This document shows, piece by piece, positions 33,650-43,319 of a stretch of DNA of 64,000 nucleotides. Within the stretch, counting starts at the first letter, position 1; each line of letters begins with the position of its first letter. The stretch spans positions 484,920-548,919 of the forward strand of contig CAWFDF010000003.1 of assembly GCA_963814585.1 (NCBI GenBank), read 5' to 3'. The stretch is from an uncultured delta proteobacterium. GTDB taxonomy: Bacteria > Myxococcota > Myxococcia > Myxococcales > Anaeromyxobacteraceae. A model generated the notes under the pieces. It did no database searches and was not told where the DNA came from. It worked only from the letters and a program-made list of their open reading frames with translations. Both the position numbers and the translations under genes were made by a program.

Positions 33650-35694
33650 GTCGGGCGGCCCTCCCCGTGATGCTCGCTGCCTTCCCGCCCGGGGAGCGGC
33701 GCTTGCAGGCGGTCGACGAAGGTCCGGAAGCGCAGCCCGGCGGCGCGCTCCGGTTCAGGACGCACCAGCCGCTCATGGAGGAGCCCGGTGGAGAGCACCC
33801 CCACCAGCGCCATGTCGTCCGCGTTGGAGAGCGGCTCGACGCCGTCCGAGGCCTGGCACTTTCGCCAGAGCCGCTGGACTCCCTCCACCGCGAAGACCCC
33901 CGCCCTCCGCACCGCCTCCGGGCTCACCATGTCGGCGACCCAGGCCGGCGCCTCCGGCCCCGTGAAGCTGTGCGCGCCGGGCGCCCGGTAGGGCTGCTTG
34001 GGCCGCCGCACCACTTCGTCGGGAACGAGCCCACGCGCCACTCGCTTGAGCACGTGCTTCTCGTCGAGGCCCCACAGCTTGTAGGAGGGTGGGAGCGAGC
34101 TGGCCAGCTCCACCACGTCCGGGTCGAGGAAGGGGAAGCGGCCCTCGACGGAGTTGGCCATCAGCATCCGGTCCCCCTGGGAGGCCAGCAGGTATCCGGA
34201 GAGGAGCGTCCTGGACTCCAGGTACTGGTCCTGGGCCAGCGTGGACCAGTCCGGGAAGCGCGGCGGCAGGCTGGCCAGGAGGCGGCCCACCACGTCCACC
34301 GCCCCGGCCCGGTGCCGCAGCTCGTCGGCGAAGAGCCGCTGGAGCGCAGCGGCCGGGCCCCAGCGCGTCTGGTGGGCGAACCCCGGCGTTGCCCACTGCT
34401 CCCGGGAGCGCCCGAAGAACTCCTCGGCCATGCGCCGCTGCGCCACCGGCGAGCGGGCCAGGTACGGGTAGAGCCGCTGCAGCAGGCGGGGCCGGAGCGT
34501 GGAGCCGGGCCGCCGTCCCCAGAAGCGGCGCACCTTCCCCTCGCGGAAGAGGTCATAGCCCGCGAACAGCTCGTCCGCCCCCTCGCCGGTCAGGACCACC
34601 TTGACCCCGGCGTCGCGCACCAGCCGGGAGAGCAGGAACAGCGGCGCCGGCGCGGTCCGCAGCACCGGGCGCCCGGCGTGGGCGATCACGTCGGGAAACA
34701 CCGCGGCGATGTCCCGCCGTCGCACCAGGACCTCCCGGTGATCGCTGCCGATGCGGCTCACCACCGCGCGCTGGAATGGCGTCTCGTCGTACTCGGCGTC
34801 CTCGAAGCGGATCGAGAAGGTCAGGAGGCGGTCTCCCTGGAACCGCCTTCCCAGTGAGGCCACCAGCGAGCTGTCCAGGCCTCCCGAGAGGTAGCACCCC
34901 ACCGGCACGTCGGCGCGCAGCATCCGCAGTCGGACGGCCTGCTCCAGGGCCGCGCCCACCCGGTCGGCGGCCTCGGCCAGCGAGCCCTGGAAGCCTTCGC
35001 CCGGCGCGGCCGGATAGCGCGGTGTCCAGTAGGGCCGGTCGTGCCAGGCACCGTCCTCCCAGGTCCTCACGTGGCCCGGCTCCAGCTCGCTCACGCCCCG
35101 GAAGACCGACTGCGGAGGGACCACGGTCCAGAAGGTGAAGGTCTCGGCGAGCCCCACCGGGTCGAGCTCGCGCGGGAGGTCGGGCGCCCCGGCGAAGAGG
35201 GCCCGCACCTCGCTGGCGAACCAGAGCCGGCCACCGTGCTCGGCCAGGTACAGCGGACGTACGCCCAGGCGATCACGGGCCAGCACCAGGCGGCTCCGGC
35301 GAGCGTCCCACAGCGCCACCGCAAACTGGCCGTTGAAGCGCTCGAAGGCCCCGTCGCCCCACGCCTCGAAGGCGTGGACGATGACCTCGGTGTCGCTCCG
35401 CGTCCGGAAGCGGTGTCCCAGGGCGGTGAGCTCCTCGCGCAGCTCGAGGTAGTTGAAGATCTCGCCGTTGAAGACCACCCAGAGCGTGCCGTCCTCGTTG
35501 GCGAGCGGCTGCTGCCCGGTGGCGAGGTCGATGACGCTGAGCCGTGCGTGGGCCAGGCCGGCGCAGGCGTCGCGGTAGAGGCCGAACTCGTCGGGCCCCC
35601 GGTGGCGAAGCGCACCGGCCATCGCCGTCAGGTCCTCGATGGAAGGCGGCGGGGCGCCACGGCCGAGCACCACGCAACCGGCGATGCCGCACAT
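33646..35694 (-). CDS. asnB: Asparagine synthase (glutamine-hydrolysing) family amidotransferase
   Basis: MCGIAG start at 35694, HRGPD, NGEIFN, SDTEV, LSGGLDSS, TGEGADE, EGRFPFLD motifs. Confidence 0.93.
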   Translation of the reverse strand: MCGIAGCVVLGRGAPPPSIEDLTAMAGALRHRGPDEFGLYRDACAGLAHARLSVIDLATGQQPLANEDGTLWVVFNGEIFNYLELREELTALGHRFRTRSDTEVIVHAFEAWGDGAFERFNGQFAVALWDARRSRLVLARDRLGVRPLYLAEHGGRLWFASEVRALFAGAPDLPRELDPVGLAETFTFWTVVPPQSVFRGVSELEPGHVRTWEDGAWHDRPYWTPRYPAAPGEGFQGSLAEAADRVGAALEQAVRLRMLRADVPVGCYLSGGLDSSLVASLGRRFQGDRLLTFSIRFEDAEYDETPFQRAVVSRIGSDHREVLVRRRDIAAVFPDVIAHAGRPVLRTAPAPLFLLSRLVRDAGVKVVLTGEGADELFAGYDLFREGKVRRFWGRRPGSTLRPRLLQRLYPYLARSPVAQRRMAEEFFGRSREQWATPGFAHQTRWGPAAALQRLFADELRHRAGAVDVVGRLLASLPPRFPDWSTLAQDQYLESRTLLSGYLLASQGDRMLMANSVEGRFPFLDPDVVELASSLPPSYKLWGLDEKHVLKRVARGLVPDEVVRRPKQPYRAPGAHSFTGPEAPAWVADMVSPEAVRRAGVFAVEGVQRLWRKCQASDGVEPLSNADDMALVGVLSTGLLHERLVRPEPERAAGLRFRTFVDRLQAPLPGREGSEHHGEGRPT

Positions 35695-35696
35695 CC

Positions 35697-36680
35697 TCAG
35701 CTCACCGGGCCTTCCCTCACCATCATGGGCGCCTGATGGAGGTAGCGGGCGACCCGGCGCTTGGCCTCGATGTCCCGGTAGACGCGCTCGACCTGTGGTG
35801 CGTTCAGCCCGAGCACCCTGGCCGCGTCGGCGGCGGGGACCGCGTGCTGGTGGGCCCAGAGGCACAGGTCCATCTCCTGGTAGGGCAGGGCGAAGTAGAA
35901 CTCCTCCTGGGTCTGGGGCAGCGAGAAGGTGTCGGTGGTCGGGGGCCGGCGGCGGATCTCCTCGGGGAGGCCCAGGTGCTCGGCCAGCGCGAACACCTGG
36001 GTCTTGTAGAGGTGGGCGACGGGCTTGAAGTCGGCAGCGCCGTCCCCCTGCTTGACGAAGAACCCCTGGTCGTACTCGAGCAGGTTGGGCGTCCCGGCCA
36101 CGGCGTACTGCAGCCGGTCGGCGTGGTAGTACTCCATCATCATGCGAGTGCGCTGCTTGAAGTTGGTGGCGGCCACCATCTGCAGGTAGGCGGTCGGCGT
36201 CATGCGCACGCTGCGCTGGCGCCCCTCGGGATCGGCCACCGTGAGCCTGGTGATGCTGAGGCGATCCCCGTCGAGGAGCGAGGGGATGGTCAGCTTGCAG
36301 CGCCACCCCTCCCCGTACTCCGGGACGGTCTGGCGGATGGCCTCGAGCTGGCGCTGGTAGCAGCCCAGTCCGGCCAGCGCCGGGGCGATGTCCTCGACCT
36401 GGCACCTGATGCCGAGGTGCTCGGCCACCTGGCGCCCCAGGCGGAAGGCGTCGTCCGAGGTGTCGCGCTCGGGCATGAGGAGCCCGACCACCCGGTCCCT
36501 TCCGAGGGCGCGCGTGCACAGCGCGGCCACCACCGAGCTGTCGATCCCCCCGGACATGCCAACCACCGCTCCCCGGCGGCGCATGCCGGCGAGGACCTGC
36601 TCCCGGATGGCTTCCTCGATGCGGGCGCTCACCTCGACCGCGTCGATGCGGAGGACGTCGCGATGGAACGGCGGGGTCAC
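35697..36680 (-). CDS. nadE: NAD+ synthase-like N-type ATP pyrophosphatase (EPS-cluster paralog)
   Basis: GMSGGIDSSV, TNFKQRTR, GFFVKQGDG, LYKTQV, PTTD motifs; GTG 36680. Confidence 0.85.
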   Translation of the reverse strand: MTPPFHRDVLRIDAVEVSARIEEAIREQVLAGMRRRGAVVGMSGGIDSSVVAALCTRALGRDRVVGLLMPERDTSDDAFRLGRQVAEHLGIRCQVEDIAPALAGLGCYQRQLEAIRQTVPEYGEGWRCKLTIPSLLDGDRLSITRLTVADPEGRQRSVRMTPTAYLQMVAATNFKQRTRMMMEYYHADRLQYAVAGTPNLLEYDQGFFVKQGDGAADFKPVAHLYKTQVFALAEHLGLPEEIRRRPPTTDTFSLPQTQEEFYFALPYQEMDLCLWAHQHAVPAADAARVLGLNAPQVERVYRDIEAKRRVARYLHQAPMMVREGPVS

Positions 36681-36816
36681 GGGACGCCAGCATGGCATCG
36701 AAGCCGGCGTCGGTGAAGACCGCGCCCCCACGGACACGGCGGCCGCAGGGCCCCAGGCCCGGGTCGGCCGCCGGCCCGGCGCGGTGCTACGATTCGTGCA
36801 GGGAGGAGCCCGGAGC

Positions 36817-38391
36817 GTGCCATCACCAGCCCTGCACCACCAGGTCCTGGCGCACGCCGAGCGGCAGCCCGGGGCCTTGGCCATCATGACCCCGACGCTG
36901 CGCCTCACCTATGGCGAGCTGGGGACGCGCCTGCGGACCCTGGCCGGCCACCTGGCCGCCCAGGGCGTGGCGCCCGGCGATCGAGTGGTGGTCGCCCTGC
37001 CCAACGCGCCGGCCGCGGTGGTGGCCAGCCTGGCCGTCCAGGCGCTGGGAGCCACCGCGGTGGAGGTGAACCGGGAGTGGGCCCCGGAGTCGATGGCGGA
37101 CATCGCCTCACGCACCCGGGCCCGCCATGCCTTTCTCTGGGGGCGCGACGCCCGCGCCTGGGCCCGGACCAGGGCCCTGCACCCCTTCGCGCACCTGTGG
37201 GTGGTGCACGGCTCCCTGCCCGAGGCGCTGCGCGCCGAGCTGGCTCCCGCGGCGACGCACCTGCTCCAGGAGGACGGCCAGGCGGATCCCGCGCTGGGGG
37301 ACGCGCCGCCCGCGCCGCTTGGCGCCGGCACCCCGCCGGCCCCGGCGCTCATCCTCTACACCTCCGGCAGCACCGGCCGCCCGCGGGGCGTGGTCCAGAG
37401 CCACGCCAACGTCGGCGCCAACACCCGCTCCATCGTCGAGTACCTCGGCCTCGGTCCGGAGGACCGGGCGCTGCTGGTCCTTCCCCTCTCCTACTGCTAC
37501 GGGCGGAGCGTCCTGCAGACCCACCTGAGCGTCGGGGGATCGGTCTTCCTCGAGGGGCGCATGGCCTTCCCGCGGGTGGTGATGCAGGCGCTCGCGACCG
37601 AGGGCTGCACCGGCTTCGCCGGCGTACCGCTCACCTTCGAGCTGCTTCGCCGGCAGGTCGACGTGGCCGCGATGAGCTTCCCCAGGCTCCGCTACCTGAC
37701 GCAGGCGGGCGGGGCCATGGCGCCCGAGACCACCGCCTGGGTCCGCCAGGCCTTCCACCCGGCGCTCCTCTACGTGATGTACGGCCAGACCGAGGCCACC
37801 GCCCGGCTCAGCTACCTGCCGCCGGACCGGGCAGGGGACAAGCAAGGCTCCATCGGCATCCCCATCCCCGGCGTCGAGCTGGCGGTCGTCGACGACTCGG
37901 GCGACGCGCTCCCGGCCGGCGAGATCGGCCAGCTGGTCGCCCGCGGCGAGAACGTCACGGCCGGGTACTTCGAGGAGCCGGAGGAGACCGCCGCCATCCT
38001 CCACGACGGCTGGCTGTGGACGGGAGATCTCGCCGAGCGCGACGGTGACGGCTTCTTCTTCCACCGGGGCCGCTCCAGGGAGATCCTGAAGATCGGGGGC
38101 CACCGGGTTGGCCCGGTCGAGATCGAGCACGTGGTGGCCGAGCACCCCGACGTCAGCGAGGCCGCGGTGGTCGGGGCCGCGGATCCGCTCCTGGGCGAGG
38201 TCCCGGTCGCCTTCGTGGTGCTGCGCCCGGGAAGCTCGGCCACGGAGGGGGAGATCCAGCGGTTCTGCCGGCAGCGCATGGCGGCCCACCGCGTCCCGGC
38301 GCGGATCACCTTCGTCGCGCGCCTGCCGCGCAACGAGGCCGGGAAGCTCCTCCGCGCCCAGCTCGCCGCTCCTCGCCCCGCCTGGCCATGA
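36817..38391 (+). CDS. AMP-forming acyl-CoA/acyl-ACP ligase
   Basis: GGAGGAG RBS; YTSGSTGRPRG, MYGQTE, TGD, GK motifs of the adenylate-forming superfamily. Confidence 0.92.
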   Translation: MPSPALHHQVLAHAERQPGALAIMTPTLRLTYGELGTRLRTLAGHLAAQGVAPGDRVVVALPNAPAAVVASLAVQALGATAVEVNREWAPESMADIASRTRARHAFLWGRDARAWARTRALHPFAHLWVVHGSLPEALRAELAPAATHLLQEDGQADPALGDAPPAPLGAGTPPAPALILYTSGSTGRPRGVVQSHANVGANTRSIVEYLGLGPEDRALLVLPLSYCYGRSVLQTHLSVGGSVFLEGRMAFPRVVMQALATEGCTGFAGVPLTFELLRRQVDVAAMSFPRLRYLTQAGGAMAPETTAWVRQAFHPALLYVMYGQTEATARLSYLPPDRAGDKQGSIGIPIPGVELAVVDDSGDALPAGEIGQLVARGENVTAGYFEEPEETAAILHDGWLWTGDLAERDGDGFFFHRGRSREILKIGGHRVGPVEIEHVVAEHPDVSEAAVVGAADPLLGEVPVAFVVLRPGSSATEGEIQRFCRQRMAAHRVPARITFVARLPRNEAGKLLRAQLAAPRPAWP

Positions 38392-38442
38392 CGCCCCGGT
38401 GCCGTCGGTCACGCCCGGCCACGTCCGCGCCGCGCCAGGGCG

Positions 38443-39918
38443 TCACCGCCGGGACCAAGCCACCCGCACCAGCTGGAGGAGCTCCAGCGCCAGCGGGCGG
38501 AAGATGACGAGCGCCGCACCCAGGTAGACCAGCCCACCCAGCACCACCTCGGCCGCCAGCCGCACCACCGGCGGCCACGCCTGGAGCGCGGGACGGACCG
38601 AGACCACCACCGCAACCATGACCAGGCAGGCGAGGACGGGCCGGGCCAGCGGCTCCAGGAAGCGGCTGATGGAGACCCCGTCGAGGCGCTTCACGGCCCA
38701 CATGAAGGCCAGGGTCTGCAGGACGAACACGCCCGCGACGGAGCCGCACGTCCAGAGGATCCCGATCCGCCCCACGGTGGCGATGGCCAGCACGAGGGCC
38801 GCCAGCCCGCCCCACTGGAGCCAGAGCACGATGTCGGGGCGCTCGCAGGCGTAGAGGTAGGACTGGAGCACGCCGGCGATGGGCCGTGCCGCCGAGAGGA
38901 TCGCCAGGACCACCATCATCGAGCCCACGCCAGCCCACTTCTGGTCGAAGAACGCCCCCGCGACGGTCGGGGCGACGGCGCCCAGCCCGAACGCCATGGG
39001 CAGCATGACGACGGAGAGCATGGTGAGCGCGCGGACCAGCGCGGCGGCCCGCCTCCCCGGCTCGACGTGCGGCATCGAGGCGAACACGATGTCCCCGATC
39101 TGCTCGCCGACGGCGACCGCCGGCATCTCCGCCAGGTTGTAGGCGTAGTTGTAGGAGCCCATCAGGGCCGGGCCGAAGAGGCGGCTCACCATCAGGTTGT
39201 CCCACCGGCGCATGCCGAACGCCGCGACGTTGGTCAGCGCCACGTTCACGCCGTAGGCGAGGATGCGACGAAGGGTCGCCAGTCGCAGGCGGTGTGGCGT
39301 GAGCCACTCCCGCCAGTCGACCACCGCCATGATGGCGATCGCGCGCAGCCCCGCGCGGGCCACGTAGCCCCAGGCGATCGCCACGGCTCCGAACCCCTGG
39401 GCCGCGAGCAGCAGCGAGACGCCCGTGTAGGTGAGCTCACCGGAGGCCCGCGCCATCGACAACCAGCGGAACCGAAGGCCGCGGATGAGGACCCGCTCCG
39501 GCACGTACGCGATCCGGTCGAACGCCATGCCGACGAGCAGGAGCGGCAGGAAGCGCGCCAGGCCCGGGGCGTCGAACCAGGTCCCGAGCGAGCCGCCCAG
39601 CGCCACGACGGAGGCCATCGCCAGCAGCCCCATGCCCAGGAACCAGCACGTCGCGTGGAAGGCCTCGTCGCGCGTCAGCTCCCGCCTCCCCACCAGGAAG
39701 ATCCCGATGCCGAAGGTGCTCACGCTCCCGGCCGTCAGGATCACGATGGCGGCGGCCGAGACCTCGCCGTAGTCGGCCGGGGTCACGAACCGCGCCAGGG
39801 CGAGGGTCCCGAAGAGGCCCACCACGCGCGTGACCAGGCTGGTGGGGAGCGTCCAGGCGACACCGCGGATGGCGCGCCTCGAGAGGCTCGACGCATCGTC
39901 CGGGGCCGGCCTGCTCAC
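38443..39918 (-). CDS. Wzx-type oligosaccharide flippase
   Basis: LARFVTPADYG, DNLMVSRLFG...GSYNYAY; many TM helices (3' part of ORF 38443..41478). Confidence 0.9.
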   Translation of the reverse strand: MSRPAPDDASSLSRRAIRGVAWTLPTSLVTRVVGLFGTLALARFVTPADYGEVSAAAIVILTAGSVSTFGIGIFLVGRRELTRDEAFHATCWFLGMGLLAMASVVALGGSLGTWFDAPGLARFLPLLLVGMAFDRIAYVPERVLIRGLRFRWLSMARASGELTYTGVSLLLAAQGFGAVAIAWGYVARAGLRAIAIMAVVDWREWLTPHRLRLATLRRILAYGVNVALTNVAAFGMRRWDNLMVSRLFGPALMGSYNYAYNLAEMPAVAVGEQIGDIVFASMPHVEPGRRAAALVRALTMLSVVMLPMAFGLGAVAPTVAGAFFDQKWAGVGSMMVVLAILSAARPIAGVLQSYLYACERPDIVLWLQWGGLAALVLAIATVGRIGILWTCGSVAGVFVLQTLAFMWAVKRLDGVSISRFLEPLARPVLACLVMVAVVVSVRPALQAWPPVVRLAAEVVLGGLVYLGAALVIFRPLALELLQLVRVAWSRR

Positions 39919-41960
39919 ACGCGGCGCTCCGCGCCAGCGACCTGGCGGCGGATCCCCTCGACGACGCCGACGCGAGGCTGCCACCCGAGCAGCTCGCGGG
40001 CGCGGGGCGACTCGAACTCCAGGCGTGCCAGCGCCGACTTGAGCCGATAGGCGGAGACCGGCGACTTCCGCTTCAGCAGGGCCAGCAGGGGCTCCGAGAG
40101 CGACCCGGCTGCGAAGAGCAGCCAGCGCGGGACACGCACCACCTTGGCCCCGGAGGCGGCCGCCGCCAGGACCTCGTTCTGGCTCGGCGTGCAGGGGTCG
40201 ACCAGCTGGATGATCTCGCCCCCTGCCAGCGGGCCGTCGAGCGCCTCGACCACGGCATCGACCACGTCGTCGAGGTAGACGAGGGGCAGGCGAAGCGTCC
40301 CGTCGCCCAGGACCAGCCAGCGCGCTCCCACCCGTCGGGCCACGGCGGGCGTGAGCAGTGGCATCCGGCCCCCGAAGATCTGGCCGGGGCGCAGGATGAC
40401 CGCCGGGAGGCCGTGCTCCCGGGCGGCCTCGCTGACGATCCGCTCCGCTGCGAGCTTGGCGCGGGTGTAGTGGCCGCGGTCCTCCGGGCGAGGCTCGAGG
40501 CGCGAGCCCTCCGAGAGGACGCCGCCATCCTGGCCGGCCCAGTCCGCCACCGAGAGCGACGAGATGTGGACCAGCTTCTCGACACCGTGCCGCCGACAAG
40601 CCTCGACGACCTTCCGGGTGCCCTCGACCGTCCCGCGCTCGTGATCCTCCCACCCGCCCTTCATGGCCGCGCCCACGTGCACGACCGTGCGCGCCCCGCG
40701 CACGGCACGCTCGACCGCCTCCTCGTCGCCGAGGTCGCCCACCACGACGTCCACGCCCGGCCAGGGCTCCGACGGGATCCGCCGGACCAGGACCCGCACC
40801 TTGCGCCCGGGAGCGAGCCGGCGCAGCACCGCCCCGCCGAGCCCTCCGGAGGCGCCGGTGACCAGCACCTCGGCCCCCTCCGCGCAGGGCAGCCGGGCCA
40901 GCCGGGCGCCGTGCTCGGCGTCGGCCCCCCGGGCCACCTCCTCCACCCAGCGCACCACCTCGGTCGCCTCGGCGATCGTGACGGGCAACGGGCCCCGACC
41001 TTCGAGCGCCTGGTAGAAGGCCCCGACCAGGCCGTGCAGCCCCTGGAAGGGCTTGACGACCCCGGTGGCGAACTTGACCACGCCCACCGGGACGTCGATG
41101 AGCGGCTGGATCGAGTCGGTCAGCGCGTTGACGACCCGCTCGATGGGCTTGGGGAGCGGCAACGCGCTGCGCAGGGCGCGGAACATGAGGAACAGGTCGA
41201 TGCGCAAGACGCCCCTGGTGCCCTGCACGATGATCTGGCTCTGCATGGGCCTGACGTTCCAGGACAGCTGCAGCTGCCCCAGGCCCCCGCGGCAGCGGAC
41301 CTGGGCGCGCCACTCGTCCTGGGCGAGGTTCGGGTCGCCTCCCTTCGACGCCCAGGCGGCGGTGACTCCCTCGATGGGCCCCAGGAACGCCTGCAGCAGG
41401 TACAGCGAGTGCACGCCGATGTCGCGGAACGGGTAGCCGGCCGAGCGGTAGTGCGGCGGCACCGGTCCCGCCCGCCACGGGGGGTAGGACGAGCTGCGCA
41501 GGATGTCGACGGCGACGACCTCGCCGAGCCTCCCGCCGCGCACCAGCTCGAGCGCCCGGACCACCTGCGGATCGAAGAGGAGCGAGTGGTTCACCGAGGC
41601 CACCAGCCCCCGGCGCTCCGCCAGGGCCTGGATCCGCCGGCAGTCCTCCACGCTGGTGGCCAGCGGCTTCTCGACCAGGACATGGCAGCCCAGCTCGAGC
41701 GCGGAGAGCGCGACCGAGGCGTGGCTCTCGGGCGGCGTCAGGACGTGGATCACGTCCGCCCCCGCGGCGCGCAGCGCCTCGACCGACGCCAGGGCGCGCG
41801 TGCCGGAGCGCTCGGCCAGGGCACGTGCCCGAGCCTCGTCCAGGTCCGTCACGCCGACGAGCTCGACCCGCGGCACGCCACGCAGCGCGGCGACGTGGTG
41901 CTGCGCGATCGAGCCGGCCCCCACCAGCCCCACCCTGTACCTCGGCAGCATGTTCACCAC
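39915..41960 (-). CDS. Fusion of a Gfo/Idh/MocA oxidoreductase and an NAD-dependent epimerase/dehydratase
   Basis: GAGSIA...VLVEKP (GFO) followed in frame by VTGASGGLG...YTRAK (extended SDR). Confidence 0.88.
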   Translation of the reverse strand: MVNMLPRYRVGLVGAGSIAQHHVAALRGVPRVELVGVTDLDEARARALAERSGTRALASVEALRAAGADVIHVLTPPESHASVALSALELGCHVLVEKPLATSVEDCRRIQALAERRGLVASVNHSLLFDPQVVRALELVRGGRLGEVVAVDILRSSSYPPWRAGPVPPHYRSAGYPFRDIGVHSLYLLQAFLGPIEGVTAAWASKGGDPNLAQDEWRAQVRCRGGLGQLQLSWNVRPMQSQIIVQGTRGVLRIDLFLMFRALRSALPLPKPIERVVNALTDSIQPLIDVPVGVVKFATGVVKPFQGLHGLVGAFYQALEGRGPLPVTIAEATEVVRWVEEVARGADAEHGARLARLPCAEGAEVLVTGASGGLGGAVLRRLAPGRKVRVLVRRIPSEPWPGVDVVVGDLGDEEAVERAVRGARTVVHVGAAMKGGWEDHERGTVEGTRKVVEACRRHGVEKLVHISSLSVADWAGQDGGVLSEGSRLEPRPEDRGHYTRAKLAAERIVSEAAREHGLPAVILRPGQIFGGRMPLLTPAVARRVGARWLVLGDGTLRLPLVYLDDVVDAVVEALDGPLAGGEIIQLVDPCTPSQNEVLAAAASGAKVVRVPRWLLFAAGSLSEPLLALLKRKSPVSAYRLKSALARLEFESPRARELLGWQPRVGVVEGIRRQVAGAERRV

Positions 41961-43318
41961 CCCAGTTTCAAGCCTGTATAGCCGACCAGCCCGACCAGCA
42001 ACAGCGCGACGATCAGCGTGACGGCCGCCAGGTCGCGGACGCCGAACCTGACCAGGAAGGAGGGGTCATGGCGCTGGATGGCGTGGTGGAGGGCCCCGGT
42101 CATGCCCACCTGGATCCAGAGCGCGTTCTTGTAGGCAAAGGACAGGAAGAAGGAGCCGACCAGGAGCCCGGCCGTCGAGGAGAGCAGCGCCAGGGCCCAG
42201 GTTCGCGCCACGGGCGCGACCTCGGAGCGCAGCGCCTGCGTGGTGATCTTGGCCGCCAGGTAGAGGATCGAGGCGAAGATCAGCAGGCCCGGGGCGCCCA
42301 GCTCGGCGGCCGCCAGGATCAGGCTGTTGTGCGCGGTGAGGTCGTGGTGCTCCAGGAACCGCCCGGCGCCGACACCAAACCCCGGAGAGGCCTGAAGCAG
42401 GTGCAGGCCGGTCCACCAGGCCTCGACGCGGGCCGCCGTCGAGCTCTCGCCGCCGCTCCGGCCCCCGAAGAGGACGATGGGGAGCGCCACGGCGACGCCC
42501 GCCACCAGCCCTCGCCCGATCCCGTAGCGCTTCGCGAAGTGGACCGCCAGCACCGTGAGGAAGACCAGCTGCCCTCCGCGCGACCGCGTGAAGTAGGCGC
42601 ACGCGCCCATCAGCCCGATGGCCAGCCAGACCAGCAGCAGGCGCGCCAGCGTGGAGCGGCGGTCGAAGAAGGCGAAGGCGAACGGCAGCGCCATGCCGAG
42701 GACCAGGGCCAGCTCGTTGGGGTCCTCCAGGGTGCCGCGGTAGCGGACGCGGCCCCGGATCGAGGAGGTCCCGAGCAGGCCGACCCGCTCACACCGGTAG
42801 TCCTCGCCGGGCTCGGCGCCCTCGCTCTCGCAGGAGAGACGATCCTCGGGATCACAGGGCCGACCGTCGAAGTCCAGGGACGCGTGGCGGGGCTCAAGGT
42901 TCACCCGGTGGCACCCGTAGGGAGCCATGGCCTGGTGCACGCCGATCGCGGCCAACCCCAGGCCGATGGCGAGCAGCGCCCCGGCCAGGATCTGCAGCGC
43001 CTTGAAGCTCTGGACCGCCTGGGCCACCAGCAGGTAGACCGCGAGCGGGATGAGGAGGCCGGGAGTCCGCTCCAGGAGCTCCCCTGGCGCACGCACCACC
43101 AGGGTCAACACCGACCAGGCCACGAAGAGGACCGCCAGCTTGAGGTGCGGCGCCGATCGGAGCCTGGAGATGCCGAGCCGCAGGTCGAGGAGGATCCCCA
43201 GCGCCGTCATCCCGGTCGCGACGTACAGCAGGTGGAAGGACCGGAGGACGAGGAGGTACTCCTGCGGCCGCAGGGAGTCGACGAGGACGAGCAGCAGCAG
43301 GCCAGGAAGCGCGAACAT
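41954..43318 (-). CDS. O-antigen ligase/Wzy polymerase family protein
   Basis: Polytopic membrane protein; DPNELA, TRSRGG, GVGAG...TAHNS...AELG (Wzy_C) motifs; Cys-rich periplasmic loop. Confidence 0.85.
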   Translation of the reverse strand: MFALPGLLLLVLVDSLRPQEYLLVLRSFHLLYVATGMTALGILLDLRLGISRLRSAPHLKLAVLFVAWSVLTLVVRAPGELLERTPGLLIPLAVYLLVAQAVQSFKALQILAGALLAIGLGLAAIGVHQAMAPYGCHRVNLEPRHASLDFDGRPCDPEDRLSCESEGAEPGEDYRCERVGLLGTSSIRGRVRYRGTLEDPNELALVLGMALPFAFAFFDRRSTLARLLLVWLAIGLMGACAYFTRSRGGQLVFLTVLAVHFAKRYGIGRGLVAGVAVALPIVLFGGRSGGESSTAARVEAWWTGLHLLQASPGFGVGAGRFLEHHDLTAHNSLILAAAELGAPGLLIFASILYLAAKITTQALRSEVAPVARTWALALLSSTAGLLVGSFFLSFAYKNALWIQVGMTGALHHAIQRHDPSFLVRFGVRDLAAVTLIVALLLVGLVGYTGLKLGW

Positions 43319-43319
43319 G

